From assembly GCA_020137815.1 (NCBI GenBank), contig CM035358.1, forward strand, positions 6,510,001-6,574,000: 64,000 nucleotides of DNA, given 5' to 3'. Below the pieces are notes generated by a model that was not told the DNA's origin, did not search any database, and worked only from the letters and a program-made list of their open reading frames with translations. Position numbers and translations under genes: made by a program. Shown in pieces: positions 25,101 to 37,252 of this stretch (position 1 is the first letter of the stretch; every line of letters begins with the position of its first letter). This DNA comes from Hormiphora californensis (taxonomy: Eukaryota > Animalia > Ctenophora).

Positions 25101-27271
25101 TTATTTTTCCTCTCATCATTAGCAGTTTCTACCCGACGAATCTTCTGAGAAATAAGTTCTTCAGTGACTGAGGCATGCGTTTCCTTTAAAAGTTCTCTCC
25201 TCTCGCTAACCTCGATTCTATTATTCTCAGTGGGATGGAGAAACAAAGCTTTCTTAGCTTCGAACAGCTCGTCTCTTACTCTACGAACTCTCAGGTCACT
25301 CATAGCGCTATCGGTAGCACGTTTGCGCTTCCGTGGCAGTAGGTGCTTATTGGTTTCACCAACAGCCGACACAAATGCCCCATACCTTCCAGAAGCATCC
25401 TCCACATCTGTTCTCAACACATCATACCTATTCCTCACCTCCACATTGTACCTCTCACGCAGGTCAGGCTCCTCTCTGAGACAAGTATAATCAAACTTGA
25501 TCTGTCCTTTAGCACGTTTAGTCTTCCGTAGACTGAGGCGAAGGAAACCAAGAACTGCTCTATGATCAGACCCTACACTACCAAACGTGTCCACTACCTC
25601 TACGTTACGCAAAGAGTTCTTCCACTTCCGTCGAACCAGAATATAATCAATTTGACTTTGGCAGAGTGTGCCCTCACTGGTGAAAGTATGAAGCTTAGCC
25701 AGCTTTTTCTGGAAACGATGATTACCTGCCACCAGATTACATTCTAACATAGTATCACGGAGCAGCGCCCCGTTCCTATTCGACGTTGAATGAAAATACC
25801 AACCCCCATCGTCCGGCGATTCCCTAGACAGATGGGCATTTAGGTCCCCTAACACAACCAGAACATCCTGTGCTGGAACCTCATGGATAGCTCCCCTCAG
25901 GGCCTCATGGAAACTCTCTGCCTCCGCTGGATCACTCCCCTCAGTAGGGGCGTACACACAAATGACAGTGAGAGCAGGGTTGCCAGTGAAGCTCACAAGT
26001 AGTATTCGGTTAGTGTATGACTTCACCATTTTCACTGCCGAGTACGCATCTTGATTTACATACACTCCTACACCCCCGCAAGATGCCCCTGATCCAGACC
26101 TCCAGGCTGATGAAGAAATAAACGAGAAACCTCTCCCTCTCTGCACACAGACCCTCTCAGAGTGACAAATCCGGTGCTCCTGCACCCCCAGGATACACAG
26201 GCCGCTCCTCACAAACTCGCTCTCCATGACATCTCTACGATAAGCCTCGCGTATGGTCCTCACATTTAGGGTGCCAAAAACCGTCTCACTATTACACCCT
26301 AAAATCCTAGATTTTTTTGTAGTTTTTAAGGGGTTTTCTGGTTCCGGCTCGGACCTCCGGCCATCTGTAGCAGGCCCTCCCGAAGGCTTTAAGCTTACCA
26401 CTTCAAGGGCGCCATTGGCCTCTGCAAGAATATCAGGGGCTTTAACCCTGGTGCTATTGGTGGACTTCATTGAATACTTTTCAGATGGCTAAGAGGGTAC
26501 AGAGAGGGTCCCCCCTCTCAGGTAGGCATTAATAGCACCCTCCATAACCGATGATGCCGCGCCACTGGTCCATCACCGGAAACCGCAGGAACTGATCCAA
26601 CCCCAAAAGATAAATCAGGAGAGACAGGAGTAAGCAGGCCGATACGGTACGGGAGTTTGCTAAGCTCCCGAAACGGATTGTTTTTCAACCTTTACTGGTT
26701 TAGTACCGTGGTGTTCCGTTTCGCTTATCTGTTTAGTCTGGTATCACCCAGGACAGAATAGCGATTAACAGTGGCACCTTGTGAGGGGTGTGATTCTTCA
26801 TCACGCACCACGGTTCTTGGAATACGAGAGGTTGTAGGCTTCACATCGTATACCCTGGGATGAACCCCTTTGCCAAGTTGTACAAAATGGTGTCCGGGGC
26901 TCAGAGCCCTTTCTAGTGGACAGAAAAGACCGCTACCGCCACCATTATCATGCAATGTCAAATATATAGGAACGATGAAGTGATAAAAAGACACCTAATG
27001 CTAATGATATGCTAATGATATGAGACCAGTTCAATGATGGGGGTGTATCAAAACAAGTTCCCTATCCTTTATTTTTAATCAACCACCAGATCATCATGCT
27101 GTCTTTTTGCTGTTTGACACCCTGTACTACATTTCCCTCACAACTCACAGTTTTCTTGATTTCAGGGAGTGGAATGGTCCCAATGCAGTTTGGAAGCGGT
27201 ATGATGAATTCCTCACTGGTGCCCTCCAAAGCAGGGATAACTCTGAATTTGAATTCCTTGGAGATGACTGA
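12340..27271 (+). CDS. PLEKHM2: PLEKHM2/SKIP-like PH-domain protein, C-terminal 12 exons (N-terminus not found in window)
   Basis: Phase-consistent GT-AG exons 12340-12466, 12652-12757, 12958-13066, 13188-13293, 14948-15090, 15303-15413, 15721-15833, 21210-21312, 22102-22199, 22326-22422, 23148-23241, 27151-27271 (TGA). Translation has GRGLNWQTITLYV (compare SKIP VGLDQQTVKLV), a PH domain EGKLMMK…WNEYYFIL…GCRK…YAFQF…DRDRWISTI, and a SKIP-like tail CSVVVNNRY…EWILMF…VWSEIFH. Confidence 0.8.
13370..14882. mobile_element. Non-autonomous DNA transposon with poly-G/poly-C termini and 8-bp TSD
   Basis: TSD GATTGATG at 13362-13369 and 14883-14890. TIR G(n)CCAACG…CGTTGGC(n). AT-rich 10-bp subterminal repeats. 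Empty site at ~2187-2200. Confidence 0.85.
14074..14750. mobile_element. Nested element with internal inverted circle junction (Crypton-like)
   Basis: Left end TATAACGCCCACTGC, right end GGTGTTATAGCA, internal GCAGTGGGCGTTATA-TGCTATAACACC at 14580-14606. Confidence 0.65.
16101..17369 (-). CDS. Nested multi-pass membrane protein, OST-alpha/TMEM184-like (3' exons appear frameshifted)
   Basis: Exon 17369-17236 MWYTIVDQWNQLTTSWIFWSSMVLTLLSLVILSLVRSY. Exon 17100-16885 …FPTLSIFLSFLSILLPRSSLLLTTLANVVRVMGCYLVF resembles the OST-alpha 'P…S…LWIPRS' segment. ATG follows TAG-A directly. Lies antisense in PLEKHM2 intron 7. Confidence 0.55.
20226..21180. repeat. 26-bp minisatellite (CCCTCCTCTCCCCCTCCCGCTGTTAA)n, ~36 units
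   Basis: Tandem array directly upstream of the exon-8 acceptor. Only 1-2 units in the duplicate at 41478-41520. Confidence 0.95.
21408..22068 (+). mobile_element. Helentron-associated (HINE/DINE-1-like) element
   Basis: Subterminal IR TTTCCCTGCC…GGCAGGGAAA, 5' palindromes, GTCCGTCCGTC microsatellite seed, 3' hairpin GCATTATG…CATAATGC, T-rich flanks. Absent from the duplicate intron at ~41735-41750. Confidence 0.75.
23378..26941 (-). mobile_element. Full-length RTE-clade non-LTR retrotransposon
   Basis: 11-bp TSD CCATTATCATG at 23367-23377 and 26942-26952. (AAGTC)n tail right after the stop codon. ~470-bp 5' UTR. Absent from the duplicate intron at ~43210. Confidence 0.95.
23399..26470 (-). 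CDS. APE endonuclease + reverse transcriptase (RTE ORF, 1023 aa)
   Basis: Motifs TLNVRT, GVQE, YAPT, GDLNA, IDYIL, SDH; RT motifs QNGFRPGRST, FIDFRRAFDS, GVLQGDTLAPYLF, YADD; then LLYGAETW. Uninterrupted ORF. Confidence 0.97.
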   Translation of the reverse strand: MKSTNSTRVKAPDILAEANGALEVVSLKPSGGPATDGRRSEPEPENPLKTTKKSRILGCNSETVFGTLNVRTIREAYRRDVMESEFVRSGLCILGVQEHRICHSERVCVQRGRGFSFISSSAWRSGSGASCGGVGVYVNQDAYSAVKMVKSYTNRILLVSFTGNPALTVICVYAPTEGSDPAEAESFHEALRGAIHEVPAQDVLVVLGDLNAHLSRESPDDGGWYFHSTSNRNGALLRDTMLECNLVAGNHRFQKKLAKLHTFTSEGTLCQSQIDYILVRRKWKNSLRNVEVVDTFGSVGSDHRAVLGFLRLSLRKTKRAKGQIKFDYTCLREEPDLRERYNVEVRNRYDVLRTDVEDASGRYGAFVSAVGETNKHLLPRKRKRATDSAMSDLRVRRVRDELFEAKKALFLHPTENNRIEVSERRELLKETHASVTEELISQKIRRVETANDERKNKVAWDLIRDVTGDSKGNGGGLVEGGSAEGRLESWRKHFSGILGEPPSVPDEDLVINSVCEELPISTDTFSQDEYTAAKRSIKEGKAPGDDGLAPEVLKRGGVDDIVLEFFNDALEYGSFPEQWKSLLIVPVPKKGDLTKTSNYRGISLTSVALKTLNKMILNRLLPHIEPILRDNQNGFRPGRSTTSHILALRRLLEGVTERKLTSVILFIDFRRAFDSLHRGILMRILRAYGIPDKLVRLIECSYEDTMARVKTEDGLTEAILILAGVLQGDTLAPYLFIIAIDYVMREALAGRDVGFTLRKRKSRRYPEVKITDTDYADDLSLLSDTIEQAQEFLESLEAAAAAVGLHLNEGKTKFMATGIEEPSLVSSTGNYLEQVDDFVYLGAHLKSTEKDFNIRKAKAWAACHRLKGIWKTDLRRSIKVNLFRTTVEAILLYGAETWTLTSTMEKQLDGCYSRMLRMALGINWWDRVSNEEVFQNVPRVSETVRTRRLRLAGHVHRHEELTAHQLLFWEPDRGSRSRGRPKKTYINQLREDTGLSNDGDIKRLMEDRVLWRTELTARTMKPP

Positions 27272-29746
27272 CTTGGCACACTGAGGGATACAGAGGGGTG
27301 CGAACTGCGAGTACGTGCCCAGATGACTGACTGCAGCAAGGGACACATAGGATGTATGACTACTTTCCTGAAGGGTCTCTAGATAATAGACTAGCTGATT
27401 GTACTATTATTAGCAATATGTACAACATTTACGTGTATTTCTCAGTTTAAACACTTATCTAAAACACTTGAAAATCGAAAATGATGGACAATGTTGCAGC
27501 TGTTGAATCGTTGTTCATGTTATTGTTTGGTTAAAATGTCAGAGATACAGACTCTAAGTTTTGATTATAAAAAATGAATTCGTGGTTTGTTGGGCGACAG
27601 GTGCTTGTGAATATTTTGCCCCAAAATGATTTTGTATATGGTTTTGTTTGTTATATTTTTACAAAACGTAAATCCCGGTTTAAATTTTCAATTAAATGGA
27701 ACAGGGAGTTAGATGATAGCATGATTGATATTCATACTGACTACATGACTTCTGAAAAATGGAAATGGTGCCCAGAAACGGTTACCGATGGACTTTAAGG
27801 TGCGCGGGCGCGGAAATCTGGTGAGAACTTTGTTGGTCGGTGGCGCGCTGCGCGCGTAATTAATTAGATCACAATCAAGTTCAAACAGAATTTTCTGCAG
27901 AAAGTTAAATTTCCGCGTCCAAGGTCACGTGACTTGTTCTCGAATGTGCGTTTCCCTGACCCCTGTTTAGCTAGGGGCCTCCGGCGGCCGGAGTCCGGCC
28001 TGCAGCATATGCCAAGTTCGAAAAGCGCCACCAAGTTCGAAAAGCGCCACACTGTCTCTTACTTAGAGGGGATTATTTCATTGCACTTGAGAAAGTGATA
28101 CTTTAGAGAGTGCGTTGGCACCATTTTTCTGGGATTTTGTATATATTCAACTATTGAGTGGGATAATTTAAGTGGCTCGTCTCGCCTCATCTCATCTCCT
28201 CTCCTCTCACTCTCCTCTCTCTCTCTCCTCTAATGAAGTGTATCTATATGACAATTGTGGCCACGCCCTGAAATAAGTGCAATGCAAGTATAAGTACCAA
28301 TTCATTCCACATTATGGTAGCTAGGAAAAGTCCAATTCGCCTTTATATTTTAGTTAATTTAGAGGCGGCCTTTATGTTTTAGTTTGAATTAAAAAGAGAC
28401 CATAGGACGGAGATAATGCATAAAAGTTTACTGCAGCGCCCGTCTAAAGTAAAGGATTGACGTCATTATTTGCCATATTTTCTCTTTCTCTCTCTCTATT
28501 CTTTCTCTCTGCGTTCGTCCTGTTTCTTCCTCCCTCCCCTATCTCTGTCTCTTTTTATAAATAACAGTCTGCTACCTCGTATAATAGCAAGATAATGTAG
28601 CTCCGAAAGACAATAAACGGTAGTATGTATTAGTGTCGTGGCCACTTTTTGGCCCGCCATTTTGCGCCAAATGGCGCCATTTTGCGCCACGTGGCGCCAC
28701 GTGGCGATATTTAGCGCCAAATGGCGCCAAATTTGGCGATCTTGTGCGCACACCGCAATTTGGCGCCAAAATGGCGCCAAGTTGTGTAGTCCCGCCATGG
28801 CGGAGTCAATCGCCACATGGCAAAATTTGGCGCAGAACTCCATATGGCTGTCGGGAGTGCGCCACAATTCCACTGGAGTGGCGCCATACCAATTCGTCTT
28901 GGCGGTACTTGGAGCGGTGGCGTGTGGCGCCATTGTGTTGAATATGGCGCCACCTTATTGCGCTAACCACACCAAACAAACCGATTTCTGAGTAGGCGCC
29001 CACACCACTGAGTGGCGCCACATTTTTAAAAACCTGGCGTATGCAGTGTATGTGTGTGGCGCCACCGTTGTCGTAGGCGTAGTCCAAACGTGCGCCACAC
29101 ATTAGCGCCACAATTAATGGCGCCACATGATAATGGCGCCACATCATGTGATCATTTGGCGCCTATGGACTTGCCGAGAATGAGCCCTTCCGTGAGCGCG
29201 CATTTTTTATTCTTTGTCTGGTCCCTACATAACCTTGTCCACAAAACGTGTTTCCGACAGTCAAACTCAACAGCGGCAAGCCATTCCGGGTTGTAAATTG
29301 CTAGTCACTAGTGCTGCCCTGAACATAAAAAAACAAATGCCAGTCTCAATTATATTGGGGGAGGTGTGTAATTAGTCCCCTACTTTGTTGGTAATTGAGG
29401 CTATACGGAGAAAAACGCTGTATCTAACCCTTAGGAAAGAGATAGAGATAAAATTAAGGGCACCAAAGTGTTCAGTGTCCTCGCCTAGTGTGGGGAGTGC
29501 CAGAATACAAGTCTTTCAATCTCTCATCGGTTAATTGGATAATTGGATAATTAGACCTGCTCTAGCCTTTTGCTGGCCAGTGGCTATATATATTACCATT
29601 TTAGAAAGGAGTAAAGACACAACCGGGGGCCTGACATGTTCAGGCGTTTCTCGAATTAGTTGGGGGTAGGTGCTGAAATTAAGTCGCTCTATCTCATCCG
29701 CTAATTAGATACTTGGCATAATTAGTTTAAACCATAAACCTGTTAA

Positions 29747-31055
29747 GGGTACTCTAACCAAAAATTTTTTTTCGAGTGCAGGGAACATCTCTCACCACGT
29801 AGGGGTTTGTAGGCCAAAAATGCCAAAAAGTAGACCATCAAATAGCATTGGACTCTCCACGTTCAGAATCATATTGATGGTCCGTGCTACTGAGGGTGTT
29901 GGTCTTACAACAATACTGAATCTAATAAGTTGTCATGCATCGCTTGCTAAAATACATTGATAAATCTGGGCTATCACCCGTCAAAAATGACGATTGAGAG
30001 ACAAATGGGGTCAGGTGCCTGCACAACAAAATTTTGAAACGAGAGCCAAACGAAAATGGGTTGAGACCGATTTGGGTCCTGAGATGGATTTCTTTTTTTG
30101 ATTTCGACTTAACGCATATCTGGCGCCAAGTCCGAAATATGGAAAGACTGTAAGGGTCAAAAGTTGCGTCTAACAATGACGTAAGTGGCCATAATTTGGG
30201 CGTGCCTTATTTAAGAAAGCGTAAGAGTTTTTTTGGCGGAAGCCGCATGTTCAGAAATGAAATAAATTCCCGTGATCTACAAAACGGCTGATCGTTAGAG
30301 GCCGAGACTAGGCTTAACGATCAGAAGGTCCGATTTTGGGGGTGTCTTCTGGAGACATTTTGCTCTTACTTCCAAACCGTTTTGCGTGTAATTGCGAAAA
30401 CAATTGCTGAAAGGGCAAAAGCTAAAACTCGCAATCTCCGGTAATTAGGGAATTTTTGCTAGGAAGGACCGAAACTATGGAAAATATGTACCAAGCGATG
30501 TCCTTCACATTGGTCCACATGATGGTCCCTATAACAACCAAAACAAAATCACAAAAATCCACGATGGCGAGATGGGTTTTGGTTGTTCGCAATTACAGCA
30601 AAAACGGTTTGAAGTAGGAGCAACATTCCTCAGAAGACCCCCCTACAATCGGACTTCTGATCGTTCTAGCTGTCTCAGGTCTCTACGATCAGCCGTTTTT
30701 TGAGATACCAGGGAATTTATTTATTTCGGAAATGACGGCTTTCAGAAAAAAACTCGGTACAGCTTATCTTAATAAGGACACGCACCAATTTGCCACTTAG
30801 ATAATCGTTAGACCAACCTTTTGACCAATAATTACAGCTGTCACCCATATTTTCGGAACTTGGCCAAATTATGGCGTAAGTCAAAAAAAGAATCCATCTC
30901 CAGGACCGCGTAAATCAGCTCGGATTTAAAAACATTTTTTTGGTGGCTACTCACCATTCTTTGTCCTCTTCAAAATCCACAAATTTTTATGATCCTATCT
31001 TACAAATGTATTTTTAAGATGTTTAAATCCAAAACTTTTTTTAGTTAGCGTACCC
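29747..31055. mobile_element. TTAA-flanked palindromic element (Kolobok-like), inverted lower-quality copy
   Basis: TTAA-GGGTACTCTAAC…GTTAGCGTACCC-TTAA. Reverse complement of 35993-37252. Confidence 0.7.
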
Positions 31056-34000
31056 TTAAAGGGCTATTAATGGCTAGGGAGGTTAAACCTATGTTTTTGA
31101 ACGCGCCAATGCGACTCGCCTCCTAGCCACGTAAGGAATTTTTAGGACTTTTTTTGGTTAAATTTTGTAGGCAAGGGCCCAAAGTTATGGGGGGTCAGTC
31201 GTACTTTAAGCTCCTCTTAAAACCTTTTAGAGGGGGCCTTTTTTTGGCTTTAAAAAGGTGCTCAAATTAAAAAAAACGGTAAAAACCCACATTTATGGCG
31301 CCATACAAAAGGGGCCCACAAAAATTTGGCGCCATCCAGTATACGTTCGCCAAAAAGGATGGCGGTGGGGGTAGTCAACCAACCCTTTTTGGCGTTAAAA
31401 AATATTTTGAGTGCGCCACTTTTTTATGGGGCGCCACTCCGGGGGGGTGGCCCACTCCAAAATCTTTTTTTTGGCCCACAATTAGCCCAAATTCAACAAC
31501 GGGCCCCAAAACTCCACCCGCCATCTAAGTACCGCCAGGCTGTATGGCGCCACTTCCGGGTTGGCGCCCCTCCCACCGCCACATGGCGATTGCAACCGCC
31601 ATGGGGCATTGACTACCGCCTGGGGGGACTACCCCAAGTTGGCGTTTTTTGGCCCAAATGGCGCCACGGGGCCCAAGTGGCGCCACTTGCGATTGAAAAC
31701 GCCAAGGTTGGGGGTATTTGGCGGTCCCGCCACGGGGCAGCGAATTTGTTAAAAAAACTGTGCCCATCCCAAGTGGCGCCAAATTGGCCCAAATTGGCCC
31801 CTGTACTTTTAAAACTCTTGGCCCCAAAATTGGGCGCCAAAGGGGCGCCATTTGGGCGAGTGGGAACGTTCAAAAGGGGAAATTTAAACCACCTTTTTTG
31901 GCGCATTTTGGCCCCAAATTGGCGCGCTTGGCGAAACGCCAATTTGCCCCAAATGGCGCTACTTGCCCCAAATTTAGCGCCAAAATTGGGCGATTGGATA
32001 AAAATCGCCAACTTGGCCCCAAATTTGGGCGTTTGGGCCCATTTGCCCCAAATTTTGGCGAAAATGGCGCTACGGGGCCCCAAATTTAGCGCCAAAATTG
32101 GCGTTTAATACAAATCGCCAAATTAGCGCTAAATTGGCGATTTGTACCCAAATCGCCATTTGGCGCTAAATTGGCCCCAACTAGCGCCATTTGGCCCCCA
32201 AATTTGGGGGGATCCCCCCATGGGGGGTATCAATCGCCATCGGTTGCAATCGCCATTTTTCGGTCGGAGTGGCGCCATACCACGGAAGTGGCGCAAAATC
32301 TCTGGCGGTACTAATGGCGGGGGAGTTTGGCGCCAGTTTTGAATTTGGCGCTAACTTTGGGCCCAAAAAAAACAGGTTTTGGAGTGGCGCCACACCACTG
32401 GAGGGGCCCAAAAAAAATTGGCGCCACCAAAAAAATTTTGTAACGCCAACATATGGCACTTTTGACTACCGCCACCGCCACCTTTTTGGGCGCAACGTAT
32501 ACTGGGGGCGCAACTTAGTGGCGCCACCTTTATGGCCCAAAAATGGGGGTTTTTTAAAAAACCTTTTTTTTTCAAATTTTTTGAGCCCCTTTTAAAAGCC
32601 AAAAAGGGCAAAAAAGGGTTGAAAGATGGGCTTAAATCCGACGTCGACCCCCCTAAACTTGGCCTTGCCTATACAAATTGCACCCATAAAAAGTCTCTTA
32701 ACAATTCCTACGGGGCTATGGAGGCGCCGGGCGCATTGTCCTTGTCCTCTAAACCCCAAAATTTCTCACCTCCTTCCTAAACCAAAAAACGGTTTGTTAA
32801 ACCCTTTTTCCAATTATCAAATTTAACCCGGATGAGATGAGACTTAATTTCAGCACCTCCACTAATTTCGAGAACCTAAAATTTCAGCCCCCCCGGTTGT
32901 CCACCCTTTCCTAACATGGCTATTTAGCCATATGGCCGCAAACGGCTATATTGCAGGTCTAATTACCCAAATTTAAAACCAATTCCCCAGTAATAAGATT
33001 TTATTCGGCATCTACCCCCATAACAGGACACTAAACATTTTGGTGCCCTTAATTTTTCTCTACTCCTTTCCCAAAGGGGTATCAGCTTTTTTTTCCCCTT
33101 ATCCCAAATTCCCAAATAATTAGGGGCTAATTTTCACACCTTTCCCCCAAAAAATTGAGATGACATTTTGGGTTTTTTTGTTCGGGGGCCTATACCTGAA
33201 TTTTCAAACCCAATTGGCTTCCGCTAGTGAGTTTTTATGTCGAAAAAACTTTTTTAAAAGGGTTTTAGGTGACAAGACAAACCTTCAAAAAATGCGCCAC
33301 GGAAGGGGTCTTTTCGGCAATTTTATATGGGGGCCCCATGTCATGTGGGGCCATTATCATGTGGCCCATTAAAGTGGCGCTAATGGTGGCGCCATTTTAC
33401 TACCGCCACGACACGTTGGGCCCCACCATCCACTTGCATACCGCCAAGTTTTTAAATGTGGCGGGGCCCTCCAGTGGTTTTGGCGCCCCCCAAAAACGGT
33501 TTTTTTTTTTAGCGCCATGTTGGGGGGGCCCTATTCACAAAAGCCCAACCCCACGCCCCTCCAAGTACCCCCCCAAGCATGTTTTCCCCTCCCTTTTGGG
33601 CCCCCTTTCCCCACCCCCATATGTAAAAGGGGGCATGACCCAAATGACCAATTTTGGCGCCAATTTTCGATTTTTTGGCGCCAAAAAACCCTTATTGGCG
33701 CCAAATTTATCGCCAATTAAAAAAAACCGGCCCAAAGCTTTTTGGGGCCGGTTTTTTTTTTTGGCGCCAAAGCTCTTTTTGGCGCCGGCTTTTGGCGGGG
33801 CACTTGGTGAACCCTAAAAAAAAGGCGCCAATTCTAAATTGGCGCCCCCCACCTTGACCCTAAATTTTTTTTTTGGGGGCCAAAATTTTTCCCCTTTTTT
33901 AATAAATCGGGGCCAGAAACTCGTTGGGGGCCAATATATGCGCCCAAATTTTTGGGGCCCAATATTCATCTGTGACCCTTTCTTAACAAAATTTGGCCCA

Positions 34001-35992
34001 AAAAGATGGAAATTGGCGCCAATTATGGCGCCAATTTGGCCCCCCCACATGAAGTTTGTAATTTGCCGTCCTAAAATGCTTGGAGTGGGGATGATATGGA
34101 GTAACCTATAGCAGCAAAACTAGCGTGCAAAAAATTACCCCCTTTTGCCCGGGGGAACAAAAGGGTTTTTATGGGGGGTACAAAGGGCAAGCGTGAAAAC
34201 TGCACGTGCATGTTGTTTTTTTGCTGTTATTACGGTGGCCTCCCTCACAACTAGGGTTCCCGTGATTGCCAAAGCTTTCCCCCTATGGGACGTACGCACT
34301 ACATACGTACCCCCGATACGCTCCAGTTCTACGAAACTTTTTCACCTGATTCAAAATATTTGAAAAGGGGGCCCCCCTTCCTCAAACCTTTTCACCATCC
34401 CTTTCCACTCTCCCCAAACCTTATATTCTTCACCCACTAGAAAAGATGGATGGGAGAAGAGAAAAAAAGGAGAGAGGAGAAAAGAGAGAAGGAGAGAGGG
34501 GAAGAGAGAAAGAAGAAAAGAGAAGAGGAAAGAGAAAAAAAGAGAGAATTGGAAACCTTTGGGGGAAGTTTTGAAATAGAATCTCTCTCCTCCTCTTTAC
34601 TTCTCTCCCCTCCTTCTCTCTTCCCCTTTCCTTCTTCTTCTCTCCCTTCCCCCCTCTCCCTCTCCCCTCTCCTTTCCCCCCCTCTCTCCTTCCCCTCTCT
34701 CCCTCTCTCTCTTTTCCCCCTTTTTTTTCCTCCCCTTTTCGCTCGTCTAACATTCAGGGCCAACCCACTTTTTTTTTGTCCCTAAATCTTTCTTGACACT
34801 CCGTTCTTAATTTTCGTATGTACCCTAAATTCAGCCATACCTTAAAGTTTTAAAGGGGATTTTTTTCCCCCACGTTTGAAGGGCCAAGTTCATTACCACT
34901 GGAAAGATGCGTGTGACAGTTTTCGGGGGCAGACATTTTTGGGGATTCCCTGGTAAAGAAATTATCCCACAAATGCCAGCCTCAAAATCTGTCTGGCGCG
35001 CCGACAGCTCTACAAACCGACGTCGCCAGATGGGTCACGGCACCAGACAGAAACTGATCAATGTTTTGTTTTTTTGGCGCCAATAATTGGCGCTAATAAA
35101 TTGGCGCCAAAAAATTGGCGCTAAGAATTGGCGCTCAAGGGTTACTTAGCCGAAATTTTAAAGTTGGCGCTAATAATTAGCGCCAATTTTCCATCCTATG
35201 ACCCTAAATATTCAACAAATTGGCGCCAACAGTTGGCGCCAAATTTCGCCAGAGTTGGCGCCAAAACTTAGGGTCAAGGATGGGTGGCGCCAATTTCAGA
35301 ATTGGCGCCAATTTTTTAAGGTTCACCCAAGTGAACCGCCAAAAGCCGGCGCCAAAAAGAGCTTTGGCGCCAAAAAAACCGGCGCCAAAGGTAGTCCCGC
35401 CATGGCGGTAGTCAATCGCCACATGGCGGTTGCAATCGCCATGTGGCGGTCGGGAGTGGCGCCATACCACGGAAGTGGCGCCATACATGCTCTGGCGGTA
35501 CTTAGATGGCGGTGGAGTTTGGCGCCAGTTGTTGAATTTGGCGCTAACTTGTGGCGCCAACAAAAAAACCGATTTCTGGAGTGGCGCCACACCACTGGAG
35601 TGGCGCCACATAAAAAAGTGGCGCCACTCAAAATATTTTGTAACGCCAACATATGGCATTGTTTGACTACCGCCACCGCCATCCTTATTGGCGCTAACGT
35701 ATACTGGATGGCGCCAACATTTATGTGGCGCCACTCTTGTATGGCGCCATAAATGTGGGCTTTTTACCGTTTTTTGCTAATTTAGAGCACCTTTAAAGCC
35801 AAATAACGGCTAAACGGTTGAAGATGGAGCTTAAAAGTACGACGTCGACCCCCCATAACTTGGCCATTGCCTACAAAATTGCACCAATGAAAAGTCTCTA
35901 AACAATTCCTACGTGGCTATGGAGGCGCATTGTCGCATTGTGCGCGTCTCAACACATAGTGTCTCACCTCCATAGCCATATAATAGCCTTAA

Positions 35993-37252
35993 GGGTACGC
36001 TAACTGAAAATAAGTTTTTGGCATCTTAAAAATACATTTGTAAAGATAGGATCATAAAAATTTGTGGATTTGAAGAGGACAAAGAGGTGAGTAGCCACAA
36101 AAAAATTTTTTTGAAATCCGAGCTGATTTCCGGTCCTGAGATGGATTTCTTTTTTTTGACTTTAACGCCATATTTGGCCAAGTTCCGAAAATATGTGAAA
36201 GCTGTAAATTGGTCAAAAGTTGCGTCTAACGATTATCTAAGTGGCCATAAATTTTGGGCGTGTCCTTATTTAAGATAAGCTGTACAGAGTTTTTTTTCTG
36301 AAAGCCGTCATTTCAGAAATAAATAAATTCCCTGTATCTCAAAAACGGCTGATCGTAGAGACCTGAGACTATGCTTAAACGATTCAGAAGGTCCGATTTT
36401 AGGGGGGTCTTCTGAGAGACATTTTGCTCCTACTTCAACCGTTTTTGCTGTAATTGCGAAAAACAAAAACCCATCTTCGCCATCGTGGATTTTTTGTGAT
36501 TTTGTTTTTGGTGATTATAGGGACCCATATGGACCAAATAGTGAAGGAATTAGCTTGTTACATATTTTTCCATAGTTTCGGTCCTTCCTTAGCTAAAATT
36601 CCCTAATTACAGGATATTGGAGTTTAGCTTTTGCCCTTTTCATAGAATTTGTTTTTCGCAATTACAGCAAAAACGGTTGAAGTAAGAGCAAAATGTCTCT
36701 CAGAAGACCCCCCCAAAATCGGACCTTCTGAATCGTTTAAGCATAGTCTCAGGTCTCTACGATCAGCCGTTTTTGAGATACAGGGAATTTATTTATTTCT
36801 GAAATGACGGCTTTCAGAAAAAAAACTCTGTACAGCTTATCTTAAATAAGGACACGCCCAAAATTTATGGCCACTTAGATAATTGTTAGACGCAACTTTT
36901 GACCAATTTACAGCTTTCACATATTTTCGGAACTTGGCCAAATATGGCGTTAAAGTCAAAAAAAAGAAATCCATCTCAGGACCGAAAATCAGCTCGGATT
37001 TCAAAAAAAATTTTTGTGGCTACTCACCTCTTTGTCCTCTTCAAATCCACAAATTTTTATGATCCCATCTTTACAAATGTATTTTTAAGATGCCAAAAAC
37101 TTATTTTCAGTTCATTTTTCAAACCGCTGTAGCAAAAATATGAATTCGACTTGAGAGCTCAAATTGCATATTTGAGGTCTCCTTGGCATGGCCTACAACC
37201 CTACGGTGAGAGATTTCCCTGCACTCGAAAAAAATTTTTGGTTAGCGTACCC
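35993..37252. mobile_element. TTAA-flanked non-autonomous DNA transposon (Kolobok-like) with long internal inverted repeat
   Basis: TSD TTAA, TIR GGGTACGCTAAC. Internal arms ~36002-36468 and ~36648-37112 are reverse complements. Confidence 0.8.
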
